Under the pieces are notes generated by a model. It was not told where the DNA came from. It was given only the letters and a program-made list of their open reading frames with translations, and ran no database searches. A program made the position numbers and the translations under genes. A stretch of 63,992 nt of DNA, filler included, from an uncultured bacterium (lineage in GTDB: Bacteria > Auribacterota > CAZIXI01), in assembly GCA_964543115.1 (NCBI GenBank). It is 7 parts of 7 records of this genome, joined end to end, with 100 filler letters (N's around TTAATTAATTAA, not from the genome) between each part and the next. Parts side by side here need not be neighbours in the genome. Positions count along the whole stretch, not along the records: positions 40,178 to 50,030 come from CAZIXI010000128.1; positions 50,131 to 59,910 come from CAZIXI010000129.1; 5 more parts are not named here. One strand, given 5' to 3'. This document shows positions 42,742 through 53,100 of the stretch, piece after piece. Position 1 is the first letter of the stretch, and each line of letters opens with the position of its first letter.

Positions 42742-45045
42742 TTAAGGGGATTTTACTTTTTGCAGTTTAACCTTGGTGTTTTGACAAAACTCAGAGGTAT
42801 TTAGCAGAGGATCTATGGCTATGGCGGAAACAGTATCGTTTTCGGTCAATCCTGTCACCATAAATTCCCACTCATCAATAGATGGAGTAGAGACTGTTGT
42901 TTTTGCAAATCCCAGTGGTTCTTTTCCTTCACCATAGCCCTGCTTACTTGGCACTGTATCATCAACTTTATATAAATCAACTACGCAATTGTTGCTAACA
43001 AGCCCTCTGATTATTGTTCCTAAATATGTATTTGTGGTTTCATCATAGACGGCCGTAACACTTTCAATTACGGGAAAATTCAAATAGTCATTAGGGCCGG
43101 CAGTGCCTTTGGGCCTATTTTGAGTTACCCCATCATTGTTAAGATCTATGCTTAATCCGTTTTTGTTTGCCCAAAACCTATTGCGCCAGATTAAATTATA
43201 TCTTGAATTGTTACCCCAAATACTTACTCCGGGGCCATCATTATAGGCAATTCTGTTTTCAACAATGTAATTATTCCTGGATCCTCCAGGTTTTGTATTG
43301 CCCCAATCATCTATATGTATACCTTCTCCTTGATTACCAATCCCAATATTCTTATTGAGGGCGTTTGGGTTAACACCGATATAATTATTTGATATCACAT
43401 CATGCTGCGTGTCTGCCAAAACAATCCCTGTACAATCGTTTCCTGCTATGAGATTCCATTCATTTTTTTTGCTGAAGTTGCCTAACCACACAAAAGGAGA
43501 ATCAACAATCCTAATTCCTCTGCTATATTTATTGCTGATTAAAGCGGCATCACCCGCTAAATTTGTACCGATATAGTTACCTAAGACAAAAACTACTTTC
43601 GAGTAGATAATTGCCAACCCATCGGATTGATTTCCTGATATTAAGTTTCCTGTTTTTCCGATTATGGATTTTCCGCTTGTGTTTACATCCGTTGGGCCAC
43701 CTATAACCACATCCATCACATTATTCAAATATATTCCCTCACCGGCATTTGATATAACATTCTTACCCGAAATATCGGTACCAATCATATTTCCGCAGAT
43801 CCTCACTCCCTTACTGTAGAATAGCGGACCGCAAATTTCTAACCCGTAATGACTAAGAGTTTTCCCGTTTCCAGAAATAATATTGCCTTCATTCAAACTT
43901 CTATCGCCGCCAACAGTAACTCCAATGCAATCTTTAATGGAGATACCTTTTCCTTTATTGCCGATTTTTACGATACCGCTGGCATCCGTACCTACATGGT
44001 TACCTTGAACGACGATATTAACACACTTTGAAATATGCATGCCAATTTTTGTATTACCACTAATTATGTTTTTGCCGGTAATTTCGATAAACTTTGAATC
44101 CATAACCAAAATCCCGTGATAACCATTTTCAATCCTTGCCCCGCCCACAACATCAACACCAATTTTGTTGTTTTTGATATAACTTGATTTCGAATCTCTT
44201 AGGTAAATGCCCTTATTTTTGTTACCGGAAATTACATTATCTGAAATATGCAGATTATCGCTCTTAGCAATGTATATGCCATTTGCATTACCACATTTCA
44301 TTGTTCCCGTCACGTCGGCACCTATCTTATTATCTTTTATTGTGATGTCCCCGAGATCATAAATCTTACCCATGGACCTCAAATCTATGCCGTCATTCTT
44401 ATTGCCGGATATGGTATTGCCGGATATCAATAATCCATTCAGTTTTGCATATGCGAAAACACCGCAATCATTACTTCTTGCTTTATTTCCTGAGGGATCA
44501 ACACCAATAAAATTCCCCTTTATGGTTATTTTATTACTTGTCTTGTAGGGTGACTGATATTTTATATAGATCCCAGCCATTGTTGCTTTACCGCTTGGGT
44601 CAGAAAAGCTATTTATAACAAGCCCGGCTATGGCAACATTATCAGAATCGACGGTTAACCCCCCGCAGTTATAAAGCGAGGACACATTGCCCCCATAAAT
44701 TTCGATAGCCGGCTTATTTGAATTGACTTTATTGTTACTGGTGCCGTCAATAATAACCGGCTTATTTATTTCCGGTAATAATTTTGTTAATTTAATAGTC
44801 CACCAATTATCCGTCCCGGGAATGTCTTTGCCAAGATGTGATTGTGAAAAAGGAATGGCAAATATTATCTCGTCTGGGACCTGCGTCGTATTTTTATTAG
44901 CCTCATTTACAGCATCTCGTAATGAGATCTCGCTGCCGGTAGTCGCAGTATCCTTGACGGTATTTACCGTAATGACTTTTCCGGAAGCATAAGAAAACCA
45001 TAGTGTTAGAGCCGCTGTTAGTATTCCAAAAATAATTTTCCTCAT
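42742..45045 (-). CDS. Secreted right-handed parallel beta-helix protein with N-terminal CSLREA-like motif
   Basis: Signal peptide; ITVNT..D...ISLRDAVNEAN; many I.GN.IG.D.SG / N.ISGN...GI repeats; C-terminal IDLNNDGVT.N...NFPVI and NTSEF. Confidence 0.88.
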   Translation of the reverse strand: MRKIIFGILTAALTLWFSYASGKVITVNTVKDTATTGSEISLRDAVNEANKNTTQVPDEIIFAIPFSQSHLGKDIPGTDNWWTIKLTKLLPEINKPVIIDGTSNNKVNSNKPAIEIYGGNVSSLYNCGGLTVDSDNVAIAGLVINSFSDPSGKATMAGIYIKYQSPYKTSNKITIKGNFIGVDPSGNKARSNDCGVFAYAKLNGLLISGNTISGNKNDGIDLRSMGKIYDLGDITIKDNKIGADVTGTMKCGNANGIYIAKSDNLHISDNVISGNKNKGIYLRDSKSSYIKNNKIGVDVVGGARIENGYHGILVMDSKFIEITGKNIISGNTKIGMHISKCVNIVVQGNHVGTDASGIVKIGNKGKGISIKDCIGVTVGGDRSLNEGNIISGNGKTLSHYGLEICGPLFYSKGVRICGNMIGTDISGKNVISNAGEGIYLNNVMDVVIGGPTDVNTSGKSIIGKTGNLISGNQSDGLAIIYSKVVFVLGNYIGTNLAGDAALISNKYSRGIRIVDSPFVWLGNFSKKNEWNLIAGNDCTGIVLADTQHDVISNNYIGVNPNALNKNIGIGNQGEGIHIDDWGNTKPGGSRNNYIVENRIAYNDGPGVSIWGNNSRYNLIWRNRFWANKNGLSIDLNNDGVTQNRPKGTAGPNDYLNFPVIESVTAVYDETTNTYLGTIIRGLVSNNCVVDLYKVDDTVPSKQGYGEGKEPLGFAKTTVSTPSIDEWEFMVTGLTENDTVSAIAIDPLLNTSEFCQNTKVKLQKVKSP

Positions 45046-45986
45046 AACTCTATCTCCGCACTCTCCTTTTGCGGAAAAAGCCCATCTATGCCCAAATTGC
45101 GCAGCGCATCATCAAAACTCATTCCATGACACTCAAACAACTCTTCCGCAGCGACAGCTTTACCCACAACCAGATATATCCCCGGCTCACGCATAGCGGC
45201 ACTTATTCTACCTTCTTCCTGATTAAGGTCAGAATTCAAAATATCCAATTCCTTGCCGTTCCATTTTCCTACACGCAGCGAATCTCTATAAAAATATTTA
45301 TTCACGGCGATATCGTCACAAGAGAAAATCAAGCTTGGACTGTCATGCCCAAAAAAGAGACCATCACAAACTATTAAATTGAATGCGCTATCGTATATTG
45401 TCCACTGCTCCCCAGCCGCTTCCATCTCTACCGGAACTGTCCTGTCGGCAATCAGCATCAGATATCCAGATCCCTCCAAAGCACCATCGCGAATAATTAA
45501 TTTGACATTACTGCCACAGCCAATATCCAGTTCATTTGCCCGCATATTTTCTATTCTTTGCAAAACAAAAGGAATAGATTCAATAAGCGAACGTTCCCCC
45601 TCGTCTTCCCGAAAAATCACCTCAACAGTCATATAGCCGCTGTTGTTATTTTCGACATCAGAAAATTCAACAATTGCGCATAAATTATCGTGCGCATCTC
45701 TTTCCTCGAGCAATAGGCGCTTCTGAAACTGTCCGTCAACATCAATTGTCAAAGAGGCTTGTTCTGCAATAAAACCCCGCGTTTCAGCTATAATCTCAAA
45801 TACCGGAGTTTCCCCAGAGTAAATAGAATTTATTTTAATAAAAACAGAAGGCTGTGAAGCAATCTCTTCTGCCACCGGAGGAATACCATCATTGGCCTCC
45901 TGCCCCTGAAATCTTTGCACAACACCCAAAGATACTATAAGCAGCGTTAAGGCAACTAAAATAATTAGTGAATATTTTAAGCTCAT
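45042..45986 (-). CDS. Membrane-anchored or exported hypothetical protein
   Basis: ATG 45986 with N-terminal hydrophobic segment; ATGA overlap with the beta-helix gene. Confidence 0.7.
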   Translation of the reverse strand: MSLKYSLIILVALTLLIVSLGVVQRFQGQEANDGIPPVAEEIASQPSVFIKINSIYSGETPVFEIIAETRGFIAEQASLTIDVDGQFQKRLLLEERDAHDNLCAIVEFSDVENNNSGYMTVEVIFREDEGERSLIESIPFVLQRIENMRANELDIGCGSNVKLIIRDGALEGSGYLMLIADRTVPVEMEAAGEQWTIYDSAFNLIVCDGLFFGHDSPSLIFSCDDIAVNKYFYRDSLRVGKWNGKELDILNSDLNQEEGRISAAMREPGIYLVVGKAVAAEELFECHGMSFDDALRNLGIDGLFPQKESAEIEL

Positions 45987-46096
45987 AAGGTTAAAACAAC
46001 AAATCACATGTTTTTGTCTTCTTATATCTTTATTCTGTACTTATCCTCTACAATATATATAACATACCTTACGCAAAATTCAAGAGGAAAAATTAT

Positions 46097-47983
46097 TTAT
46101 CTCCACATATTATCATCTTCATAAAATCCTGCATCTCCGTCTAAATATCCGTTCATTTCACCCTCTCTTTCTTCATCCGGATAGTCTGATAGACCATTAT
46201 CTTTATAATAATCATCATATCCTCTATTTTCATATCCCTCTTCGGGATAGTCTAAAGTGTCCTCACCTTCATGATAATAATATTCATACTCTTCGTCTCC
46301 ATGCTCCTCTTCTTTTTCTTCTTGAGGCAGTTCACCCATATAGGAGTCAAGATGCGGAGGGCAATATTGCTCTAATTCAGATGCCCGCCAAACCAAATGA
46401 AGCTGTGACCCTTTGGGTCCTTCGTTAACATATAAATAGTACGCATTTTGAAAGGCTACGGCCATATCCTGAATAATCATTCTTGTAGGGCTCCATTTAA
46501 CAACTTGTGTATAACCCACCTTCTTTGTTAGACACTGTTCTGCCTTACTAGATTTACCTAATTCTTCCCAGGCATAAAAGACCTTGGCCTCCACTGCTGT
46601 ATTCACACCTAGACAGAGCTGGGGCAGCATCCAGGGATGTGTCCAGTGGGAATAACCCAGTTTCATTAAATATTTACTTTTCAAATGCATATATATCTCA
46701 CTATCCTTAAAAGTTGAAATTTTATTAATGTTTTTTTTATCAATTTTTAATTGGTGCGGGGCCTGAAATGCCGAGTAAACATCAAAAACCAAGTAAGGCA
46801 CACCGCCAACTTCAATTGGCCTGACATAAGAATACAAGTAATATAGGCCATTGGACTTTTCATCGTAACGACACCTCACGGAACCAATTAACAAACCATC
46901 TCCGCCATAAGGGGTCAAGGTGCACGGTAAATTCAAGGCTCTTGTGACCTGCCAATAATCCCTAAAACCGCCATTGGCATCAATATTGGCATTTGCCCTA
47001 AAGAGGATGAATTTATCATCTTTTTCTCCCGGCTTCCGTGGATAATCCTCTATCCAGGAGAAATACAAGATGTCATTAGCGGGATCAATCTGCATTTGCA
47101 ATGATTGTTTTAGGCAAATCGTATTATTATACATTTGATTGGTGGACAGGTTGCCGCCAAAGGGAATACTGTCTTTAGGAACAAAACATTTGAACGTTCC
47201 CTGCCAATCGCTGTTTATGTATCCGACCATAATATCGCAAAACCTTGCTGTCTGCCCCCCGGAGTAGCTGGATCCGTCTAAACCGCTGTTGTTTTTTATC
47301 GGCAATTTTGCCTGCGTTAATCTGGTCCAGCTGAAATAAATAATTCTATTCTTGTTGTCGAGGGCTATTTGGGGCTGGTCGTAGTGTACCCATTCAGGAA
47401 TATATTTATTTTTATAAACATCATGATATTCCTTTGGTATTTGAGACAATACTTTTTTGGCTTTCCATTGCATCGTTATTAAGTCTAGTCTTCCGACACA
47501 AAGTGTTCCGGCAACTGGTAGTTTCTTTGTCTTGAACGCCTCGGCCACAGTCGGATACTCGATCCATATACAATGGATAGCGTCATCGAAATATGTGATT
47601 TGTAGCGCGCGGGAATTGGGAGCAACCGCTTTTTTTAAAATATCTTTTTTCTGTTCGCCGTTTTGATCGCATTGCAGCATTCTGATAAATAACTTACCGT
47701 TTATTGTCTGCAGCCAGCCAATATATAATCTTTTGTTTTTTCCCGCAACCACCATAGAGGCATCTTTTATTCTTCTTGTATCCCTGGCACTTACGCCGAG
47801 TTGAGTCGCCTCTTTTGGTAGTTTATCTTTTATACTGGTAAAAGCTATAACATCATTTTTATAGCCATCAGTATCTATCTTACATGCATACTCCACCAGC
47901 ACAAAAGCATCTGCGTCAACAACTGTAACCACAACAAAAAGCAGCAAAACAAACACTAAGCAAAACTTTTTCCCTTTCATCAT
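46097..47983 (-). CDS. Secreted hypothetical protein with Tyr/Asp/Glu-rich C-terminal tail
   Basis: Signal peptide MMKGKKFCLVFVLLLFVVVTVVDADA; beta-rich body; ~75-aa acidic tail. Confidence 0.8.
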   Translation of the reverse strand: MMKGKKFCLVFVLLLFVVVTVVDADAFVLVEYACKIDTDGYKNDVIAFTSIKDKLPKEATQLGVSARDTRRIKDASMVVAGKNKRLYIGWLQTINGKLFIRMLQCDQNGEQKKDILKKAVAPNSRALQITYFDDAIHCIWIEYPTVAEAFKTKKLPVAGTLCVGRLDLITMQWKAKKVLSQIPKEYHDVYKNKYIPEWVHYDQPQIALDNKNRIIYFSWTRLTQAKLPIKNNSGLDGSSYSGGQTARFCDIMVGYINSDWQGTFKCFVPKDSIPFGGNLSTNQMYNNTICLKQSLQMQIDPANDILYFSWIEDYPRKPGEKDDKFILFRANANIDANGGFRDYWQVTRALNLPCTLTPYGGDGLLIGSVRCRYDEKSNGLYYLYSYVRPIEVGGVPYLVFDVYSAFQAPHQLKIDKKNINKISTFKDSEIYMHLKSKYLMKLGYSHWTHPWMLPQLCLGVNTAVEAKVFYAWEELGKSSKAEQCLTKKVGYTQVVKWSPTRMIIQDMAVAFQNAYYLYVNEGPKGSQLHLVWRASELEQYCPPHLDSYMGELPQEEKEEEHGDEEYEYYYHEGEDTLDYPEEGYENRGYDDYYKDNGLSDYPDEEREGEMNGYLDGDAGFYEDDNMWR

Positions 47984-48040
47984 ACCCCCCTTTTTTCTGT
48001 TTTTTTTGCCAAAGTCCGTTAATTCGTTGCTTGAAAGAGA

Positions 48041-48056
48041 AGCAATTTACGTGCCA
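48041..48056 (-). promoter_or_regulatory. sigma54 (-24/-12) promoter for the secreted-protein operon
   Basis: Minus strand TGGCACGTAAATTGCT matches TGGCACG-N4-TTGC(A/T); 57 nt before ATG 47983. Confidence 0.8.
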
Positions 48057-48084
48057 AGAAATTAGACACGCGTGTCTAATTTCT
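48057..48084. repeat. Perfect spacerless 28-bp palindrome abutting the -24 element
   Basis: AGAAATTAGACACG|CGTGTCTAATTTCT. Confidence 0.9.
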
Positions 48085-48176
48085 GTAATTCACTTATTTC
48101 CAATAGAATAGAAGAGATTTAATGAGGAAAACTGATAATTATCTGCCTTTAGACCTTGTTGTGTTTCTATAATTTG

Positions 48177-48193
48177 TGCCATAAAATGGAGCA
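48177..48193. promoter_or_regulatory. Candidate NtrC/Fis-type enhancer-binding-protein site
   Basis: TGCCATAAAATGGAGCA, 14/17 identical to the NtrC-type site TGCACTAAAATGGTGCA, about 120-135 nt upstream of the -24 element. Confidence 0.4.
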
Positions 48194-48480
48194 TAAAGGA
48201 TGAGTTATTCAACAAGGTAAAATGCAAAATCTGGGATAACCATGACCGGAGCTAGACTCGAGAAAGGAAAGATATGAGGTAAAGTTTAATCAATACAACA
48301 AGACAAGCTCAAGGACCGGACGCAAACTTCGCATAACATCAGATTATGAAAGAGGGCTATTTTATTAATACTTGTTTTTTAGTATTGTCTGGACTAAAAT
48401 TATAATTCTAGACATTGTGCATAGCAATAGGTCGCTATCCATATTTATTCTAAAAACCCTGATTATAGTGGAGGTATTAA

Positions 48481-49464
48481 ATGAAGAAAAGGATATTAAT
48501 AAAGCTATGTAGCTTGCTGGTTATGTACGTTATCCTAATGGTTCAGGTCTCCGCACAAACTGGTGACCCGTTGCCGTCCTGGAACGATGGTGCTGCGAAA
48601 AAGGCTATTATCGATTTTGTGGAGAAAGTTACGGATGAGACAAGTCCCGATTTTGTTGCAGCCGCAGATCGTGTGGCTACATTTGATAATGACGGTACTC
48701 TGTGGTTAGAAAAACCGGGTGCTTGTCAATTTTCCTTTATCTGTAAACGTGTTAGTGAGATGGCAAAAGATCATCCTGAATGGAAGACTAAACAACCCTT
48801 TAAAGCGATTTTAGAAAAGGATTATACAACTTTGCAACAATTGAATATGCAGGATCTAATGAATCTGATTATAACAACACATTCAGGTATGACCGAAAGC
48901 GAGTTCGCGGCCGAGGTAGCAGAATTTCTCTCTACAGCTAAACATCCAAGATTTAAAAGATTGTATACTGAATTAATTTACCAACCCCAGTTAGAACTTT
49001 TAAATTATCTCAGGGCAAATGGCTTCAATGTGTTTATTTGTTCCGGAGACGGTATTGATTTTATGCGCGTATTTTCAGATAAGGTTTATGGTGTCCCTAA
49101 GGAAAACGTTATTGGATCCAGCTTAAAATATAAATACAATGAAGAAACAAATACTATGGAGACAATGCCAGAGGTTAATTCAACTGTTGTTAAAGCGGGC
49201 AAGCCGGAAAATATTCAGCTCCACATCGGCAAGCGTCCCATACTTACCTGCGGCAATTCCGACGATGATTTTCAGATGCTGGAATATACAGACGACAATA
49301 TTGGGCCGGCTCTTTTAATGCTCATCCATCATGATGACGCTAATCGTGAATTTGCTTATGATAAAGGCACGGAAAAAGCCCTTAAAGCTGCCAGAGAGCA
49401 AGGCTGGATGGTAGTTAGCATGAAAAATGATTTTAAGGTCGTATTTCCTTTTGAGAAAAAATAG
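48481..49464 (+). CDS. Secreted HAD-superfamily hydrolase (acid phosphatase-like)
   Basis: Signal peptide; LPSWNDG; ATFDNDGTLW; YQPQLELLNYLRANGF; GKP; GNSD. Confidence 0.9.
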   Translation: MKKRILIKLCSLLVMYVILMVQVSAQTGDPLPSWNDGAAKKAIIDFVEKVTDETSPDFVAAADRVATFDNDGTLWLEKPGACQFSFICKRVSEMAKDHPEWKTKQPFKAILEKDYTTLQQLNMQDLMNLIITTHSGMTESEFAAEVAEFLSTAKHPRFKRLYTELIYQPQLELLNYLRANGFNVFICSGDGIDFMRVFSDKVYGVPKENVIGSSLKYKYNEETNTMETMPEVNSTVVKAGKPENIQLHIGKRPILTCGNSDDDFQMLEYTDDNIGPALLMLIHHDDANREFAYDKGTEKALKAAREQGWMVVSMKNDFKVVFPFEKK

Positions 49465-49471
49465 AAAGCAG

Positions 49472-49508
49472 AAACCAGAACGGTTTGCATGCTAAACCGT
49501 TCTGGTTT
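49472..49508 (+). terminator. Intrinsic terminator after the HAD gene
   Basis: Perfect 15-bp IR AAACCAGAACGGTTT-GCATGCT-AAACCGTTCTGGTTT. Confidence 0.75.
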
Positions 49509-49731
49509 GTTGACCTAGAATATGATATACGTGGTATTGAAGTGACAGTAATCCCGTTTGATGCGGCCATACATTGCGGAGTCGACATTCGCTGCGCGGT
49601 CGAACCATTGCATCGCGATAATTAATTTCGAACTAGACGCTCCACCTGACTTTTACCCCGAATGCTTTTGGGGTAAAAGCGGGTGAGCTTTTTGTTAGCT
49701 GTCTTTCAATCATCGATCGCAAGAAAGGAGT

Positions 49732-50030
49732 ATGACAATGAAAGCACTCAACCTGCTAAAGTCATTCGGCTGTGCACTTGGCGCGATTGCTATTTTCGCC
49801 GGCCGGCCGGCGATGGCGAAAGAGAAGAAACCCAATGTGGTATTTATCCTCGCCGATAATGTGGGTTACGGCGACATGGGCCCCTATGGTGGTGGAGAAC
49901 TTCGTGGAGCGCCGACGCCGAACATTGATCAACTCGCCAGCGAGGGTCTACGCTTAACACAGTTTTTGGTCGAGCCCGCCTGCACACCATCGAGGGCGGC
50001 GCTGATGACCGGGCAATACTCGATCCGCAA
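49732..50030 (+). CDS. Arylsulfatase (formylglycine-dependent), 3'-truncated
   Basis: RBS AAGGAG; signal peptide; KPNVVFILADNVGYGD; TPNIDQLASEG; CTPSRAALMTG (CxPxR). Confidence 0.92.
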
Positions 50031-50130
50031 NNNNNNNNNNNNNNNNNNNNNNNNNNNNNNNNNNNNNNNNNNNNTTAATTAATTAANNNNNNNNNNNNNN
50101 NNNNNNNNNNNNNNNNNNNNNNNNNNNNNN
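50031..50130. other. Artificial contig linker
   Basis: N44-TTAATTAATTAA-N44. Confidence 0.99.
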
Positions 50131-50131
50131 G

Positions 50132-53100
50132 GATAGATTCCCCTGGAAGACAATTGCCGATGAAGAAGATATGGACCTGGCGGCCTTTAAGAAGATACTA
50201 CTCGTTTATGCCGCCATAGCCTGCGGCGGCCAGCGGGAACAGATGGCGGAATTCCTCTCTCTTGAAAAGGACACTCTAATAGTCTATTTATCAGAGCATC
50301 ATTTGACCGCAGCCACCGACCAGGTTAAATTTGCCGCTGAAAAAATAGCCGCTTTTAAGGAAGCTGCCGCGCGGCTGGAAAAGATGCTGGATCAGGACGA
50401 ACGGAGTGAACGGAGATCGCAAAGCGAGCAGAGCTCGAGTGATGCTATGGTATTTTTGCTGGAATTATGTGTTTTGGAAGAGTTACTAAATGAACTTTCT
50501 CTACTGGTGGAAATAAATCCGCACCTATATCTCTATTACACAATAATGGAAGCCGCGATGCAGCAAATGGAAACTAAAATCGATAACGAAATTATCGTAA
50601 CCGAAGAGCATGTGTTAAGGGAGCTGGGCCAATTGGCGGAGGATTCCCTGGCTGCCCTCAAAGAGCAAGATCTTTCTCATAGGTCAATCTGGAAAATTAT
50701 TTTAAACTATGGCACCCAGATTGAGCAACAGGCTGATTGGCAGGATAAGCAGGCCTTACTGGCTGAAAGGAATTATTGGCGGGAGAAGTTATGGCAGCTT
50801 GCACAGGCTGATTACTCATCCGGACTAGGCATTCTCTGGCAGCAACTAGCCGGACAATTGGGCTGCGGAGAAAAGGAAATAAAAAGGTCAATTTACAGTT
50901 ATTTTATGGAGTCAGCAGCAGGCAATTTACAGGAAATGGTTAAAGCTGCTTCGGGAAAATTTACAGAAGGAAGCATAAAGCAGGAGATTACAAATATAGG
51001 CCTTTTCGATTACTGGTTACTGGTGCAGGCATTGGCCGCTGCCCGGGAACGGAAGGATCTTTCTACGGATGAACGCCGGAAAATTGTCGAAGAATTTCTA
51101 GCAGGCAACCATCAACACGATGCTGCTTTTCCCTGTTTTTCCTATACGACAACAACCTCTGGCGCGAAAGGCGCAAACACTGCCTATGTTCCCTTTTATC
51201 AGCGGCAAAAAGGAGATGAGGTAAAATTATTACGTTTTCGCAAAGGAATAATCCAGGCATTTGGCCTTGGTGCTCCGGTAAGGGTACGCAGTGTGTTTAG
51301 TAAAAGCTATGGCTGGCTGTTTAGGATAAATAAGATTGATCCGGGAACGCATAGTGACCTTGCGGACAGTCCGGTGCTTTATTTTATTAAAAAACCCGCG
51401 GAATTCAAAATGGCCTTGCTGGATGTCGCGGAAGAACGATTAGAATTAAGTGAAGGAAGTGACTCAGTATCTCCTCCTACAGCCGCTGTGCCGCCTGTGG
51501 AACTGCCTCTGCCGCGGCTAAAGTTACTTGACGCTGAGGCAGGCAAAGAACAAATGCTTTTAATGCTGGCAGAAAACAAGTTCACAGACCCGCAATATCA
51601 GCCCGCTCCCTTTCGGCTTAAAACAAGAGCAAGCAAAAAAGGAGCAGAAGTCAAGGCCGGTATTTTTCATTTTGGCAATGTAAAGGCAACTGCCTATCAA
51701 GCTTCTATTTACAGTCAAAAATTGCAGGCAAATACGGAATATGAAATTCAATTCAATTTCAGCATAGCCTTAAAGAAGTGGATTTGTTTTGCCTACCAAA
51801 TTCAGGCCGATGGCCGGCTTGCCGCCCAGCCGGCCATTATCTTTAGCGGCCGGGTAAAGGGGCAAAAAACAGTTCTTTATCACTTGAGTATAGATTACCG
51901 GGCAATGTGCCTCCGGGAAAAAGAGGAAGCTAGAAAAGAAAAACCGGCAATTTCTCCTGTTTTGCTTGCCTTTATCCGCCTTTTTAACCTGCCGCTGGCC
52001 GAAGATGCCGCCTTTGTAGAAGACTTAAATGATATGTTTTATGAAGAAGAGAAGCGTATTCTGTGTGAACAGATTATTAAAGAGGCCCTAAGTGTAGAGG
52101 AGTGGCAGCAGCGGTTACATGCCGCTGATAACAATGAATTTTCCCCAGAGGAATTATTGGAATTCTTCAAGACTCTGGGATTAATGGAGATAGAAACAGA
52201 AGAAGCCGGTGATGAAAAAGATCCAGCTGCCGCCGATATTATCAAAATGTTTAATATAGGCTGGCATCATCCTAAGCCGCAAAGGATCAAGGTTAGAGAA
52301 GACGGCGTTCTGCCAATAGTTTCCACAGATACAGTAACCATCAATATTCCCGGCCTGGCTGAATACAAAAATGAAATATTGAATGTTATTTTTATTAGAG
52401 TGGGTAAAATAATCTCTTGTTTGGTTTGCAAGGAAGGTGTTTATATTGGCCGCTACTATCTATACAGGCACGGAATGCCTTATCTGCAAAGGATTGATGG
52501 CGAGGATACCGGTAGGGTACCGTTGGCGGCAAAGGCCATTCAGGGTGAATTGGAACGTTTATGGAAAATAGCCTGTAAGGATAGAGCCGACAGATGGAAC
52601 TGGGCGAAATCAGGCGGGCAAGTGGGAATGAGTAATATGGAATTATCTTTTGAAATGACTATGTATGTGGCGGAAGTGTGTGAAGGAGATAAGCTAAGGA
52701 TGGCTAAGATGCTGCAGGTGAAGGAAGCTTCTCTCTATGGGGCGTATCTCAATAATATTCCCGGTCTGCTTGAAATGATCGAAGCGCTAAAAAGGCGGCG
52801 GGAAATACAAAAAAGTGATGGAGGATCGGACGATGAAGAAATTGCCAGGACCAAGCAGCTCATATCTTTCCTTAAAAATTCTACGCCGGTACCCAAACCA
52901 CATTCGCTAGCGGTAAATGCGGCTGGCCGTTGGCAGTTGCTGGATCAAGATGATTTGCAGATTGAACTAACTTTGCCGGAGTCCTGCCGGGGGGGAACGG
53001 TCTGGGTTAGTTATTATGTTATTAATGACCAGCCCTATGTTTTGATCTGGCCAAGCGAAAGAGAGATGGATATGAGTATCACAGTAAATCAGGCAACAGC

